The notes below the pieces were generated by a model that was given only the letters and a program-made list of their open reading frames with translations, was not told the origin of the DNA and searched no databases. From the NCBI GenBank assembly GCA_963783375.1, contig CAWANH010000029.1, positions 768,001 through 832,000 on the forward strand: a DNA stretch of 64,000 nt, written 5' to 3'. A program made the position numbers and the translations under genes. The stretch comes from Candidatus Eiseniibacteriota bacterium (GTDB lineage Bacteria > Eisenbacteria > RBG-16-71-46 > JABDJR01). This document shows positions 30,643-41,713 of this stretch, one piece after another; the stretch's first letter is position 1; the number at the start of each line of letters is the position of its first letter.

Positions 30643-31344
30643 TCAAAGGTGGCGTTCCTCCTTGAGGCTGGTGTAGCCGTCCCCCCCCACGATGACATGG
30701 TCGAGGAGGGCGATTCCCAGGATGTCCCCGGCCTCGCGGAGCCGGCGGGTGATTCCGAGATCGTCCTCCGAGGGATCGGTCTCCCCGGAAGGATGATTGT
30801 GGACCACGATGAGGCTCGCCGCGCCGTGGCGGATAGCCGGCTCGAAGACCTCGCGGGGGTGGACGATGGACGCGTTGAGGCTTCCCACCGAGATGGTCTC
30901 CCGGACCAGGAGCCGGTTCCGGGTGTTGAGGAAGAGGCCCACGAAGTGCTCGCGCCGCTCTCCGCGGAGGTCGGCGGTGGCCTCGTAGACCTCCCGCGGC
31001 GTCCGGAGGACCGGGCGAACCGATCCCTCGGGACCGGAAAGACGGCGGGCCAGTTCCAGCGCCGCGGCCAACCTCGAGGCCTGGGAACGTCCCAGCATCC
31101 CCCACCAGGACGGCTGTTCACCCCCCAGGGTGAGGGAGCCCCATCCCGCCTCCTCGAGTACCCGGCGGGCGGCCTCTCGAGCCGGTCGACCCCGTGAGGG
31201 ACCGAGAACGAGGGTCAGGAGGTCGAGGTCGGGGAGCGCACTCCCCCCGTCCAGATAGAGGGCGCGCTCCAGGCGGGCGCGGGGAACCGGAGTCGGCCGC
31301 CGCTCGGCCACGGAGAGACCGTAGTCAATGGATTGATGCGTCAC
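30643..31344 (-). CDS. radC: RadC/UPF0758 JAB-domain protein
   Basis: PRARL, AAALELARR, GSLNASIVHPREVF, HNHPSGETDPSEDD, LLDHVIVG; GGGAGG RBS before the GTG. Confidence 0.92.
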   Translation of the reverse strand: MTHQSIDYGLSVAERRPTPVPRARLERALYLDGGSALPDLDLLTLVLGPSRGRPAREAARRVLEEAGWGSLTLGGEQPSWWGMLGRSQASRLAAALELARRLSGPEGSVRPVLRTPREVYEATADLRGERREHFVGLFLNTRNRLLVRETISVGSLNASIVHPREVFEPAIRHGAASLIVVHNHPSGETDPSEDDLGITRRLREAGDILGIALLDHVIVGGDGYTSLKEERHL

Positions 31345-31458
31345 GGAATCCTCCCGATGCGGGACGGGTCCGGACGGGCCTGGGGGGCGGGGATGGAACC
31401 GGGGAACCAACGCCGGGGGCGATAAGAGCGCTCGCGCCGGATCGCTCCCGGGGCCGGG

Positions 31459-31569
31459 CTACTTCTTGCGGCCCTTGCGCTGGGCCTTCTCCTCCCGGAT
31501 TTGGGCTTTCTGGCGCTCCTTGCGGCGTTTGCGGCGGCGGCGGATTTCCCGCTTGCGTTCGGATATCAT
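31459..31569 (-). CDS. 36-aa very basic peptide MISERKREIRRRRKRRKERQKAQIREEKAQRKGRKK (possibly DUF6800-like); absent from the ORF track
   Basis: AAGGAGTGTGGAGCC-ATG at 31569, TAG at 31459-31461, GC-rich third codon positions. Confidence 0.7.
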   Translation of the reverse strand: MISERKREIRRRRKRRKERQKAQIREEKAQRKGRKK

Positions 31570-31731
31570 GGCTCCACACTCCTTGGATCAAGAGACGTCG
31601 GCCGGAGCCCGCTCCGTACCGCGGGACGTCGGCCGGACGATAAGGGCTCACCGGGCGGGGAAGCCCCATTCTACCCGCCGCCGGGGGCCGCGACAAGCCG
31701 TAGTCACGTCGCCGATCGGCCCAGAGCCGGA

Positions 31732-31760
31732 TTGACGGGGCCCCCGCCCTATGCAATAAT
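31732..31760 (+). promoter_or_regulatory. Putative sigma70 promoter of the C25 peptidase gene
   Basis: TTGACG-N17-AATAAT with a TGn extended -10. Confidence 0.55.
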
Positions 31761-31886
31761 TACGGTCATTCATGAACCTTGCTACTCTACTCGAGTCGGT
31801 CCCTCCTACCAGCCTCTGATTCGGCCGGGTCCGATCGTCCGGTCGGCCGTCACCATCGATATCTGCACACTGAGGTGCTCCACGCT

Positions 31887-34800
31887 ATGCTGAAACGTCT
31901 GGGCTCTGTCCTCACCCTCTCGTTCTTCCTGGCTCCCGCCGTCGCCGGCGCGGCCGCCAACACCGTGACCCGGGTCATCGAGGTCTCTCCCGCGGACGTC
32001 GTCGTTCGACAGATCGGCGGCCACGACTTCGTGGAGCTCAGAGGCGGGGCTCACGCCATGCCCCTGGGGGCTCCCGACCTCCCCCTGCTCCCCGTCCACA
32101 TGGAGATTCCCGCGGGGTTCGACATCGCCTCGGTCCGGGTGGTCCCGCTGGCCACGGAGATGCTCCCCGGCCAGATCGACCCCGGAGCGGTCGGAACCGC
32201 CCGAGCGGGTGAATGGACCCGGCCCGGAGACCTGGACGCCGCCATTCGAGGGTCGGATTCCTGGTATCCGAGCGAACCGGTGATGCAGTACCGGACCGGA
32301 CGCCTGCGCGGCCGGAATCTCGCCGCGATCGCCGTGGCCCCGGTGACCTGGCTCCCCGCCACCGGGGGGCTCAAGCTCATGACGCGCTTCCGGGTGGAGG
32401 TGTCCCTCAATCCCGCCGCCCCCGATCCGGGCGCCCTGGTCATCCGGCGGGAGAGCCCCGAGGGCCGCCGATCCTTCGACGAGACCCTTCAGCTCCTGAC
32501 CGGGGTCAGGGCCTCCGGCGTTGCCGGCGCGGCCTCGGAGCTCCACCCCCTGGTCAACAGCGGGGGACCCTTCGAGCCCACGTTCCGCCCCAGCGTCGAC
32601 GGTAGCCCGGTGGAGATGGTGATCATCACCACCACGGATCAGGCCCCCGTGTACCAGGACCTGGCCGACTACAAGACCAAGATCGGCCTCAGCACCGTGG
32701 TCCGCACGGTGGACTGGATCAAGGCGAACTATCCCAACGGGGTGGACACCCAGGAGACCATCCGGAACTTCATCCGGGACGCGGTATCGAAGTGGGGCAC
32801 CACGTGGGTCCTGCTGGGTGGGGACACCGATCACATCCCCGTCCGCTACGGCTACACCACGTTCTATACCAGCCAGGGCGAGGACATCCCCACCGATCTC
32901 TATTACACCGACCTGGACGGAAACTGGAACGGCGACGGGGACGCGGTGTTCGGCGAGGCCTATTCCACGAGCGCTCCGCCCGGCGACGGTCTGGATCTCT
33001 ATCCCGACGTGTGGGTCGGGCGCATCACCTCCCAGGACTCGACCAGCGCGCGGAACATGGTGGACAAGACCCTGGGCTACCTCCGTAACCCGCCCATCGG
33101 GCACCAGAACGACATCCTCCTGGCCGGCGAGGTGCTCTTCCCGCCGAACTGGGAACCCGGGTACTCGATCCAGTACGACGGCGCCGTCCTCTGCGAGGAC
33201 GTCGTGGACAGTCTCAACGTTCAGAGCAATCCCATCCGCCTCTACGAGAACTACACCGCCTGGCCGGGGGCCTCGGCGGAGAACAAGGCGTCGGTGGTCG
33301 GCGCGCTGAACGGCGGGATCGGGGTCTTTCATCACGTCGGCCACGGCTACATCAACACCATGTCGGTAGGCCTCGGCGCCCAGATCCTCATCAACTCCGA
33401 CATCGACGCCCTCAGCAACGGCAACGAGACCTTCGTGGTCTACGCCATCAACTGCACCTCCGCGGCCATCGACTTCAATTGCATCGCCGAGCGGTTCCTC
33501 TCCAACACCCATGGCGGCGGCGTGGCGGTGGTGGGGTCCACCCGGCTCGACTTTCCCAGCACCGGCGTCTACTTCCAGAACGAGTTCTACGGCCTGATCT
33601 ACCGGCGTGGAGTGACCGAGATGGGGAAAGCGGTGGCCATGGCCAAGATCCCCGAGATTCCCTACTCCACCCAGGACAACACCTACCGTTGGACCCAGTT
33701 CACCCAGATCTATCTTGGCGACCCGAACCTTCAGGTCTGGACGGATACCCCATCGACCCTCACCGTGACCCACGCGTCGACCTTCACCCTGGGGCAGGGC
33801 ACCTACTCGGTCACCGTGATGCGCGGCGGTTCCCCGGTGGATTCGGCCCGGGTGGCTCTCTACAAGGACGGCGACGCCTATTCGGTGGGGCTCACCGATC
33901 CTTCCGGCCAGGTCGTGCTTCCGTTCCGCCCCGACCAGACCGGGGCCTTCTCGGTCGGCGTCCACTCCCACAACGATCTCCCCTATCTCGGCTCGGCCAC
34001 CGTGGTCGCTCCGGGCGGCGCTCCGTATCTCTTCGCCCTGAGCCAGGCTTTCGTGGACGACGGGTCCGGTTCCACCGACGGGAACGGCGACGGCCGGCTC
34101 GACTCCGGAGAGACCGTGGAACTCAACATCGCCCTCAAGAACAACGGGGGCGCCGGCGAGACCGGGATCACCGCCACCCTGACCAGCGGCGATCCCGAGT
34201 TGAACGTGATCGACAACTTCGCCCAGTACCCGGACATCGGCACCGGAGCCTCCTCGTCGGCCAACGACCCCTTCGTGCTCAGCGTGCCCCGAAGCGCTCT
34301 GGACCGGCTGGAGGCCCACTGCACCCTGAACATCTTCGGGAACTCCGGCGCCTATTCCCAGGAGATCATCGTGTACGGCCACGCTCCGGAGCTGGACTAC
34401 CAGCAGCAGTCGGTACGGGACACGGTGGGAAACGGCAACGGGAACGGGGTGATCGCGGCCAACGAGGATTTCGCCATCATTCCCACCGTCCATAATTCCG
34501 GGCTGGGCACCACCCGCGGTCTCGAGGCCCGGCTCCGGAGCAGCGACCCCGCGGTCACCATCACCGATTCAGTGAGCGTGCTCGGGGCTCTGATCACCGG
34601 GCAATCGGGGGTGAACCCCGCCGACGGATTGGCCGCGCGCCTCTCCGACGTGAGCACCGCCCATGAACTCACTCTGGTGCTGGTGGACGCCTACGGCGAG
34701 CTCTCCACCATCCCCCTCGATATCACCCCGCCGGACACCGTGATGAACGTGGTCTCCTACGGTCAGGCCACCTCCATCGCCCTGACCTGGACCCAATCCA

Positions 34801-36646
34801 CCAGCGCCGACCTGCGGGGCTACAACGTGTACCGGGCCACGTCGTCGTCCGGCCCGTTCACGCGCATCAACCCCACCTCGTTCGAGAGAACCTCCTACTA
34901 CAACGACGAGGGTCTCCCTTCCCTCACCCGCTACTACTACGAGGTGGCGCCGGTGGATTCGTCGGGAAACGAGGGCAGGAAATCGGTGGCCACGTCCGCC
35001 ACCACCAGCCTCCCCATCCACGACGGCTTTCCGGTCGAGGTGACGAGCGCCACCACCGCCGGAATCACCCTCGCCGACCTGAACCACGACGGTCAGCCCG
35101 AGATCCTCGGCGGGGGGGAGGAGATCTACGCGGTCCAGTCGAACGGGGACGAGTACTATGACGGCGACCAGGACGTCCGTACCCTGGGCCCGATCACCAA
35201 GACCGGCGGCATGCTCTTCTGGAACACCCCCGCGGTCGGGGACGTGGACCGGGACGGCGAGCCCGAGGTCGCGGGGGTGAGCTGGTCCGACGTCAACGTC
35301 CGGCTCCTCGACCGCTTCGGAATCGCGATGCCCGGCTGGCCCAAGGACGGCAATCCCCTGAACGAGATGGAGCCCAACCCTCTCGGGTCGGTGTGCCTGG
35401 CCGACGTGGACGCCGACGGCACCCTCGAGGTGCTGTGTTCGGTGGGCCGAGTGCTCTTCTGCTGGCACTACGACGGAACCGAGCTCCGGGATGGGGACAA
35501 CAATCCCGCCACCGACGGGATCCTGGCCGTCACCGGGGAGGCGTTCTCCTACTCGACGCCCACCGTGGCCAACATCGACGGCGACCCCTATCCCGAGATC
35601 ATCGCCGGCATGCACGACGGGAAGTTGTACGTGTTCCACCACGACGGGACGCCCTATGCCGGTTTCCCCTTCGCGACCGGGGGGAACATCACGTCGAGCC
35701 CGGCGGTGGCGGACATCAACCTGGACGGACAACCGGAAATCGTGTTCGGTTCCAGCGACAGCAAGCTCTACGCCATCCACTCCGATCTCACCTCGGCCCC
35801 GGGGTTCCCGGTGGGGATCCAGCTCGCCCAGGACGTGGATTCCTCCCCGGCCATCGGCGACATCACCGGGGACGGGATACCCGACGTGGCGATCGGCGCC
35901 TCGAACGGCGCGCTCTTCGTGTTCCGGGGCCAGAACGGTACGATCCCCGCCGGCTTCCCGATCCAGATCCGCGACAATCTGGGGGTCAAGGTGGCGGTTC
36001 GTTCCAGTCCGGTTCTGGCCGACGTGGACGGCGACGGGCAGATCGACATCGTGTTCGGAGACCAGAAGGGGCGTCTCCACTGCGTGGACCGGAACGGTCA
36101 ATACCTGCCCGGCTTCCCCATCCAGACCGGGAACCTGATCGAGAACGCCCCCGCGGTCTGGGATGTGGACGGGGACGGGCTCACCGAGATCCTGGCCGAG
36201 AGCTTCGACCAGAAGATCTACTGCTGGGACACCCCCTGGACCTTCAACCCGGCTCTCGCCGCGTGGCCCATGTTCAAGCACGATCAGCGGAACAGCGGGA
36301 TCGCCACCACCGACGTGTTCGAGCTCACCGGGGTCGGAGACGGAAACCAGCTCCCCGAGTCCCGGGGGGACTCCTTCAGAACTCCCCCAATCCGTTCACC
36401 GCCGCCACCACCCTGCGCTACCGGATCCCCGAGGGAACGGACTACCGCCGGGTGCGGGTTCGCGTCTTCGACATGAGCGGGCGGGTGGTGAAGACCCTCA
36501 TCGACGGTGAGCAGCCTCCGGGCCTCTACGAGATGTCCTGGGACGGCACCGATCGCGCCGGCCGGCGCGTTGCCGCGGGGATCTACCCCTATCGCCTGGA
36601 CGTGGCCGGAACCAGCTTCACCCGCAAGATGGTCCTCCTCCGATGA
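31887..36646 (+). CDS. Gingipain-like C25 cysteine peptidase with propeptide, Ig-like, FN3 and FG-GAP repeats and a FlgD-Ig/T9SS-type CTD; apparent frameshift at the G6 run 36364-36369
   Basis: Signal peptide; GAPDLP propeptide motif; WVLLGGD, TDLYYTDLDG, VWVGRI, His motif HVGHG, Cys motif INCTS; YNVYR FN3 domain; repeated SSPAVADxxxDGxPEI. The CTD QNSPNPF...YEMSWDGTDRAGRRVAAGIYPYRL...RKMVLLR is in the frame ending at 36646. Confidence 0.85.
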
Positions 36647-36728
36647 CCTCGGGGGGGGGCGGGACCCACGGCCCCGCCCCCTCCTCCCCTTGTGGCCCGG
36701 CCCGGCGGGATCTATTCTTGTCCCCCGC

Positions 36729-38648
36729 ATGAACGTCATTCGCCGCCTCGGCCCCTATTTCCGGCCCCTGTGGCGCACCATCGTCCTCGGCCTGGTGCTG
36801 ATGGCCCTGTACGCCCTGTTCAGCGGTTTCTCCATCGGCCTCATCCTGCCCATCGTGGACAAGGTGTTCCTGCGGACCGAGGCGCCCTCGGGCCAGGTGA
36901 TCCACGTGGACGAGGGGCTCCACCGGGCCTGGCACGAGGCGGGCCATGCCTTCCGGACCGCCGACGGGCTCGGTCACCGCTTCGACGCGGCCCGGAGCGC
37001 GGCGATGACCGGCCTCCAGCGGATCCAGAACCAGGCCCCCCCCCTGGAGATCCTGGCCTGGCTCTGCGTCATCACCCTGGTGGCCATCCTGCTCAAGAAC
37101 GCCTCGGATTACGGGCGGAAGGTCGCCTTCATCCGGGTGGAGCAGCGCGCGGCGGAGTCGCTCAGGACGGATCTCTTCCACCGGGTGGTACTTTTCCCCC
37201 TCTCCACGTTCAACCGCATCCCCAGCGGCCAGCTCCTCTCCCGACTGGTCACCGACGTGGAACTGGTGAAGCAGTTCACGGTCAACAGCGCGGCCAACTT
37301 CGTCCACAACCTCCTCCAGGTGTTCGTCTACCTGGGGATCTCGGTGTGGGCCAGCTACCGCCTGGCCCTGGTGAGCTTTCTCATCGTTCCTCCGGTGGCC
37401 TTCATCACCGGCAAGATCGCCTCGAAGCTCCGCCGCCACAGCGGGCGGGCCCAGGCGCGGATCGCCGAGGTCACATCCTCCCTCTCCGAGGTTCTGGGCG
37501 GGATCCGTATCGTGAAGGCCTTCGGAAGCGAGGTCCAGGAGCAGAACCGGTTCGCCCGGGCCATCGCCCGCTACCGGAGCTCGGTGATCAAGCTCATGGG
37601 CCTGGACGCCATGGCCGCTCCCCTCTCCGAGTTCTGGGGGGTGGCCATCGGAGTGAGCGTCCTCTATTACGGCGGACGCCTGGTCCTCGCCCCCGATTCG
37701 GGGATGACCGCGGGACGGTTCTTCGTCTTCTTCATCGCCCTGGTCTCCATGCTCCACCCCCTGAAGGAGCTGTCCAACGTGGTAACCCGCTTCCAACGGG
37801 GAGCGGCGGCCGCGGACCGTGTGTTCGAGGTTCTGGACCTTGCGGTGGAGGAGGATGCCCCCGATGCCGTCCCGGTGGCCGCGTTCGAGAAGGGAATCAC
37901 CTTCGAGGGGGTGACCTTCGCCTACGAGAAGGACCGCCCGGTGCTGCGCGAGGTGAGCTTCGAGGCCCCGGCGGGGACCACCACCGCCCTGGTGGGACCG
38001 AGCGGCGGCGGGAAATCGACCCTGGTGGACCTGATCCCCCGGTTCAACGACCCCACTTCCGGCCGGGTGCTCCTGGACGGAACGGACCTTCGCCGGGTGC
38101 GCCGACGGGACCTTCGGGCGCTGATCGGCATCGTCACCCAGGAGACCCTCCTCTTCGACGACACCGTGTTCAACAACATCGCCTACGGGATCGAGGCCCC
38201 GGACCGGGACCGCGTGATCGAGGCGGCCCGGGCGGCCAACGCCCACGAGTTCATCGAGACCATGCCCTCGGGGTACGACACCCCGATCGGAGAGCGCGGC
38301 GTGCTTCTCTCCGGGGGCCAGCGCCAGCGCCTGGCCATCGCCCGCGCGGTGCTTCGGAATCCGTCCATCCTCATCCTCGACGAGGCCACATCCTCCCTGG
38401 ACACCGAATCCGAAAACCTGGTCCAGGAGGCGCTGATCCGGCTTCTGTCCGGTCGAACCACCTTCGTCATCGCCCACCGCCTGAGCACGGTGATGCGGGC
38501 CGACCGGATCCTGGTGCTCGATCAGGGGCGAATCGCGCAGTCGGGGTCCCACACCGAGCTGGTGGCGGCCCCCGGGCTGTACCGGCGGCTCTACACCCTG
38601 CAGTTCCGGGACGAGGAGATCCCACGGCTCGATGCGGTGGAGTCCTGA
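36729..38648 (+). CDS. msbA: MsbA-like lipid A/LPS flippase ABC transporter
   Basis: Six-TM domain plus NBD ([37 protein letters not shown]); heads the glycosyltransferase cluster. Confidence 0.8.
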   Translation: MNVIRRLGPYFRPLWRTIVLGLVLMALYALFSGFSIGLILPIVDKVFLRTEAPSGQVIHVDEGLHRAWHEAGHAFRTADGLGHRFDAARSAAMTGLQRIQNQAPPLEILAWLCVITLVAILLKNASDYGRKVAFIRVEQRAAESLRTDLFHRVVLFPLSTFNRIPSGQLLSRLVTDVELVKQFTVNSAANFVHNLLQVFVYLGISVWASYRLALVSFLIVPPVAFITGKIASKLRRHSGRAQARIAEVTSSLSEVLGGIRIVKAFGSEVQEQNRFARAIARYRSSVIKLMGLDAMAAPLSEFWGVAIGVSVLYYGGRLVLAPDSGMTAGRFFVFFIALVSMLHPLKELSNVVTRFQRGAAAADRVFEVLDLAVEEDAPDAVPVAAFEKGITFEGVTFAYEKDRPVLREVSFEAPAGTTTALVGPSGGGKSTLVDLIPRFNDPTSGRVLLDGTDLRRVRRRDLRALIGIVTQETLLFDDTVFNNIAYGIEAPDRDRVIEAARAANAHEFIETMPSGYDTPIGERGVLLSGGQRQRLAIARAVLRNPSILILDEATSSLDTESENLVQEALIRLLSGRTTFVIAHRLSTVMRADRILVLDQGRIAQSGSHTELVAAPGLYRRLYTLQFRDEEIPRLDAVES

Positions 38649-39642
38649 GCCGGGGCGCCCGCCCGGGAAGGTGCTGGTCATCCAGCTCCGGCGGATCGGG
38701 GATGCGGTGCTCCTGACCCCGGCCCTGGACGCGCTCGGGACCGAATGGCCCGAGGCCCGCGTGCATCTCCTGACTTCCGGGCCCATCCCCGATCTCTTCG
38801 CCGGGGATCCCCGGGTGGCGGTGACCTGGACGCGCCCCCCCCGGCTCCGCCTGCCGGGCCTGGCCGCCCGGCTCCGGGCCGAGCGCTTCGACGCGGTCTT
38901 CGACTTCCAGTCCCTGCCCTGGACCGCCATCCTCTGCCGCACCCTGGGGGCCTACGGCGTGGGCTTCGAGAAGCGCCGGCGGCGGCTAGGCTACCGGCGA
39001 ATCGTCCCCCTGTCCGAGCACCGCGGAAGCGATTATGCCGCCGATCACAAGCTCGACCTTCTCCGGGCCGCGGGGCTCACCGCCCCGTTGACCCTTCCCC
39101 GCCTCATCGCGCCCAACGCCCGATCGCCCCTCTGGGAGACCCTCCCCGCCGGGCCCCGGGTGGTCCTGGTCCCGGTGAGCCGGCGGGCCCACAAGCGCTG
39201 GGGCGCCGAGGCCTTCGCCCGCACCGCCCGCCTCCTCCACGAACGGACGGGAGCCGCTTTCGTGGTGGCCGGGGGGCCGGGGGAGGATGCCGCCCTGGAC
39301 GAGGTCGCGGCGGCCCTCGACGGCGTCCCCCACCGGCGCTCCACCCTGACCCGCCTCCGGGAGATGGCCGAGCTCACGGCCGGGGCGGATCTCTTCCTGG
39401 GGAACGACAACGGCCCGCGTCACATCGCCCTGGCCCTGGGGGTCCCGACCCTGGCCTGGTTCGGGACTCAGAACCCCACCCACTGGACTCCCCCGGGAAC
39501 CGCGCGGCACCGCGTGATCTGGGATCGCGGGCGGGCGATGGGTCGTCCGGTCCGCGACGACCTGGTGATCGTGCCCGAAACCCCCGAGGACGCGGCTCGG
39601 GCGGGGGCGGAGCTTCTGGCCGGAAGGAGCGCGTCTACGTGA
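38632..39642 (+). CDS. GT9 family glycosyltransferase (heptosyltransferase-like)
   Basis: LRRIGDAVLLTP, KRW, GNDNGPRHIALALGVP. Confidence 0.88.
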   Translation: MRWSPEPGRPPGKVLVIQLRRIGDAVLLTPALDALGTEWPEARVHLLTSGPIPDLFAGDPRVAVTWTRPPRLRLPGLAARLRAERFDAVFDFQSLPWTAILCRTLGAYGVGFEKRRRRLGYRRIVPLSEHRGSDYAADHKLDLLRAAGLTAPLTLPRLIAPNARSPLWETLPAGPRVVLVPVSRRAHKRWGAEAFARTARLLHERTGAAFVVAGGPGEDAALDEVAAALDGVPHRRSTLTRLREMAELTAGADLFLGNDNGPRHIALALGVPTLAWFGTQNPTHWTPPGTARHRVIWDRGRAMGRPVRDDLVIVPETPEDAARAGAELLAGRSAST

Positions 39643-40733
39643 CCCGCGTCGCCTTCGTGAACGCCACCCATCGCTGGGGCGGGGTCAAGAGCTGGACCCT
39701 CCGGGCGGGGCAGGGCCTCTCCGAGCGGGGTCACGACGTCCGCCTGTTCGTCCGCGCCGGGGGGGACCACCGCCGGGCGTTCACCGAGGCCGGCCTCGAC
39801 GCCCGCGCGGTGACCTTCGGCATCGACTTCAATCCCCTGGCCGTCCGGGCCCTCACCCGCGGGTTCCGCGAGCACCGCACCGAAGTGGTGGTGACCAACG
39901 TGTCCAAGGACAACCGGACCGCGGGCCCCGCGGCCCGGCGCCTCGGCCTTCCGGTGCTCCAGCGGGTGGGGGGAAGCGGCGACATCACCGACGGCTGGCG
40001 GGTGCGGCTGGAGCAACGCCGCTACGTCGACCGTATCGTGGTCCCCGCCCGCTCCATCCGCGACCGTCTGGCCCGGTACCCGTGGATGCGGGCGGAGGAA
40101 CGGGTGGCCGTGATCCCCAACGGGGTGGACCTGGAGCGGTTTCGTCCCGGGGTCGGGAAAGGCGCCCTCCGCCGGGTGCTCTCGATCGGACCGGAGGTCC
40201 CCCTCCTGGTCACCACCGTCCAGCTTGCCGCGATCAAGGGCCTGGACGTTCTCCTGGCCGCCTTCGCCGCGATGAACCGCCCGGAGCCGGTGCTGGCCCT
40301 GATCGGGCGGGGGAAGGAAGAGGAGGGCCTCCGCCGGCGCGCCGCCTCCCTCGGCCTGGAAGCGCGGATTTGTTTTCTAGGATTTCGTGATGATCTACAT
40401 TTGCTATTGGAAGACGCCGATGTCGCCGTCCACCCCTCGATCGCGGCGGGGGAAGGGCTCCCCAACAGCGTCATCGAGTGTCTGGCCAAGGGGAAGGCCC
40501 TGGCCGCCACCGGGGTGGGAGGAGTTCCCGAAGCGGTGACCGACGGGGTGGAAGGGCTCCTGGTCCCCCCGGGAGACCCCGGCGCCCTGACCGGGGCCCT
40601 GGCCCGCCTCCTTGACGATTCCCCCCTCCGCGAACGGCTGGGCCGCGCGGCGCGACTCCGCGCCGAGCGGGAGTTCGACGAGAGCCTGATGGTGGACCGC
40701 CTGGACGCGCTCCTGCGGGAGATGGCCCGATGA
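39639..40733 (+). CDS. GT4 family glycosyltransferase
   Basis: WGGVK, VIPNGVD, KGLD, EGLPNSVIE, GGVPE. GTG start overlaps the previous stop. Confidence 0.88.
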   Translation: MTRVAFVNATHRWGGVKSWTLRAGQGLSERGHDVRLFVRAGGDHRRAFTEAGLDARAVTFGIDFNPLAVRALTRGFREHRTEVVVTNVSKDNRTAGPAARRLGLPVLQRVGGSGDITDGWRVRLEQRRYVDRIVVPARSIRDRLARYPWMRAEERVAVIPNGVDLERFRPGVGKGALRRVLSIGPEVPLLVTTVQLAAIKGLDVLLAAFAAMNRPEPVLALIGRGKEEEGLRRRAASLGLEARICFLGFRDDLHLLLEDADVAVHPSIAAGEGLPNSVIECLAKGKALAATGVGGVPEAVTDGVEGLLVPPGDPGALTGALARLLDDSPLRERLGRAARLRAEREFDESLMVDRLDALLREMAR

Positions 40734-41713
40734 GCGCGGCGCCCGTCCGCCTCCACGTCTGGACCATCGGCGACCGTCAGACCGCCAGCACGCGCCTCCG
40801 CGTCCACCAGTACCTTCCCCGCCTCGCCGCCGACGGCGTCGAGGCCCGGGTGCGGTGCATCCCCAAGGGCTTCATCCCCCGGCTCTGGCTGAAGGCGGCG
40901 CTCCGCCCCGGGGACCGGCTCCTGATCCAGAAGAAGCTCTTCGCCCCCTGGGAGCTGGAGCGCCTCCGGGATCGGGCGCGGAGGCTTCTCTTCGACGTGG
41001 ACGACGCCGTGTACCTGGACGGGCCGGGGAGCACCCGGAACGGCGATCGTTGGGAGGCGGTGACCCGGGCCGCCGACCGCGTCCTCGCCGGCAACCGCAC
41101 CCTGGCCGAGGCCTCGGCGCGGCCGGGACGCGCGGTGGTGATCCCCACCCCGGTGGACACCGAACACCACCGCCCGACCCCGGGCGAGTCGCGCCGGCGC
41201 GGGCTCATGGCGTGGATCGGCAGCCGCACCAACCTTCCGAACCTCGCCCCGGTTCTCGCGGTGTTTCCCCGGGTGGCCGCCCGCCGTCCCGGGGCGCGCC
41301 TGGTGATCTGCGCCGACCGGCCGCCGGACTCCCTTCCCGCCGGAGTCGAGTTCATCCCCTGGTCCCTGGACGCCGAGGCCGCGCTCCTCGGCGAGGCGGA
41401 GATCGGCCTCATGCCCCTGGACGATACCCCTTTCAACCGGGGAAAGTGCGGGTTCAAGATCCTCCTCTACCAGGCGGCGGGGCTCGCGGTGGTCGCGTCC
41501 CCGGTGGGGGTGAATCGGGAGCTGGTGACCCCCGGCGAGGACGGCTTCCTCCCCGCGGGCCCGGATGCATGGGAGGATGTCCTGGCCCGGCTGGCCGACG
41601 AGCCCGACGCCGCGCACCGGATGGGCGCGGCGGGACGGCGGCGGGTCGAGGCCGCCCATTCGGTGGCCGCGCTCTATCCTCGCTTTCGTGAAGCAGTCAT
41701 GGAGGGATCATGA
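40730..41713 (+). CDS. GT4-like glycosyltransferase
   Basis: STRLRV, FDVDDA, IPTPVD, WIGS, GKCGFKILLYQAAG, SPVGVN. Confidence 0.85.
   Translation: MSAAPVRLHVWTIGDRQTASTRLRVHQYLPRLAADGVEARVRCIPKGFIPRLWLKAALRPGDRLLIQKKLFAPWELERLRDRARRLLFDVDDAVYLDGPGSTRNGDRWEAVTRAADRVLAGNRTLAEASARPGRAVVIPTPVDTEHHRPTPGESRRRGLMAWIGSRTNLPNLAPVLAVFPRVAARRPGARLVICADRPPDSLPAGVEFIPWSLDAEAALLGEAEIGLMPLDDTPFNRGKCGFKILLYQAAGLAVVASPVGVNRELVTPGEDGFLPAGPDAWEDVLARLADEPDAAHRMGAAGRRRVEAAHSVAALYPRFREAVMEGS

Noticed and set aside
30643-31344. RadC as a marker of a mobile or defence element
   Set aside because: Full-length chromosomal-type RadC among housekeeping genes, with no E1/E2, integrase or defence neighbours.
35060-36200. 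CRISPR array or DNA tandem repeat
   Set aside because: The repeats are degenerate protein-level FG-GAP units inside a CDS; no identical spaced DNA repeats or cas genes.
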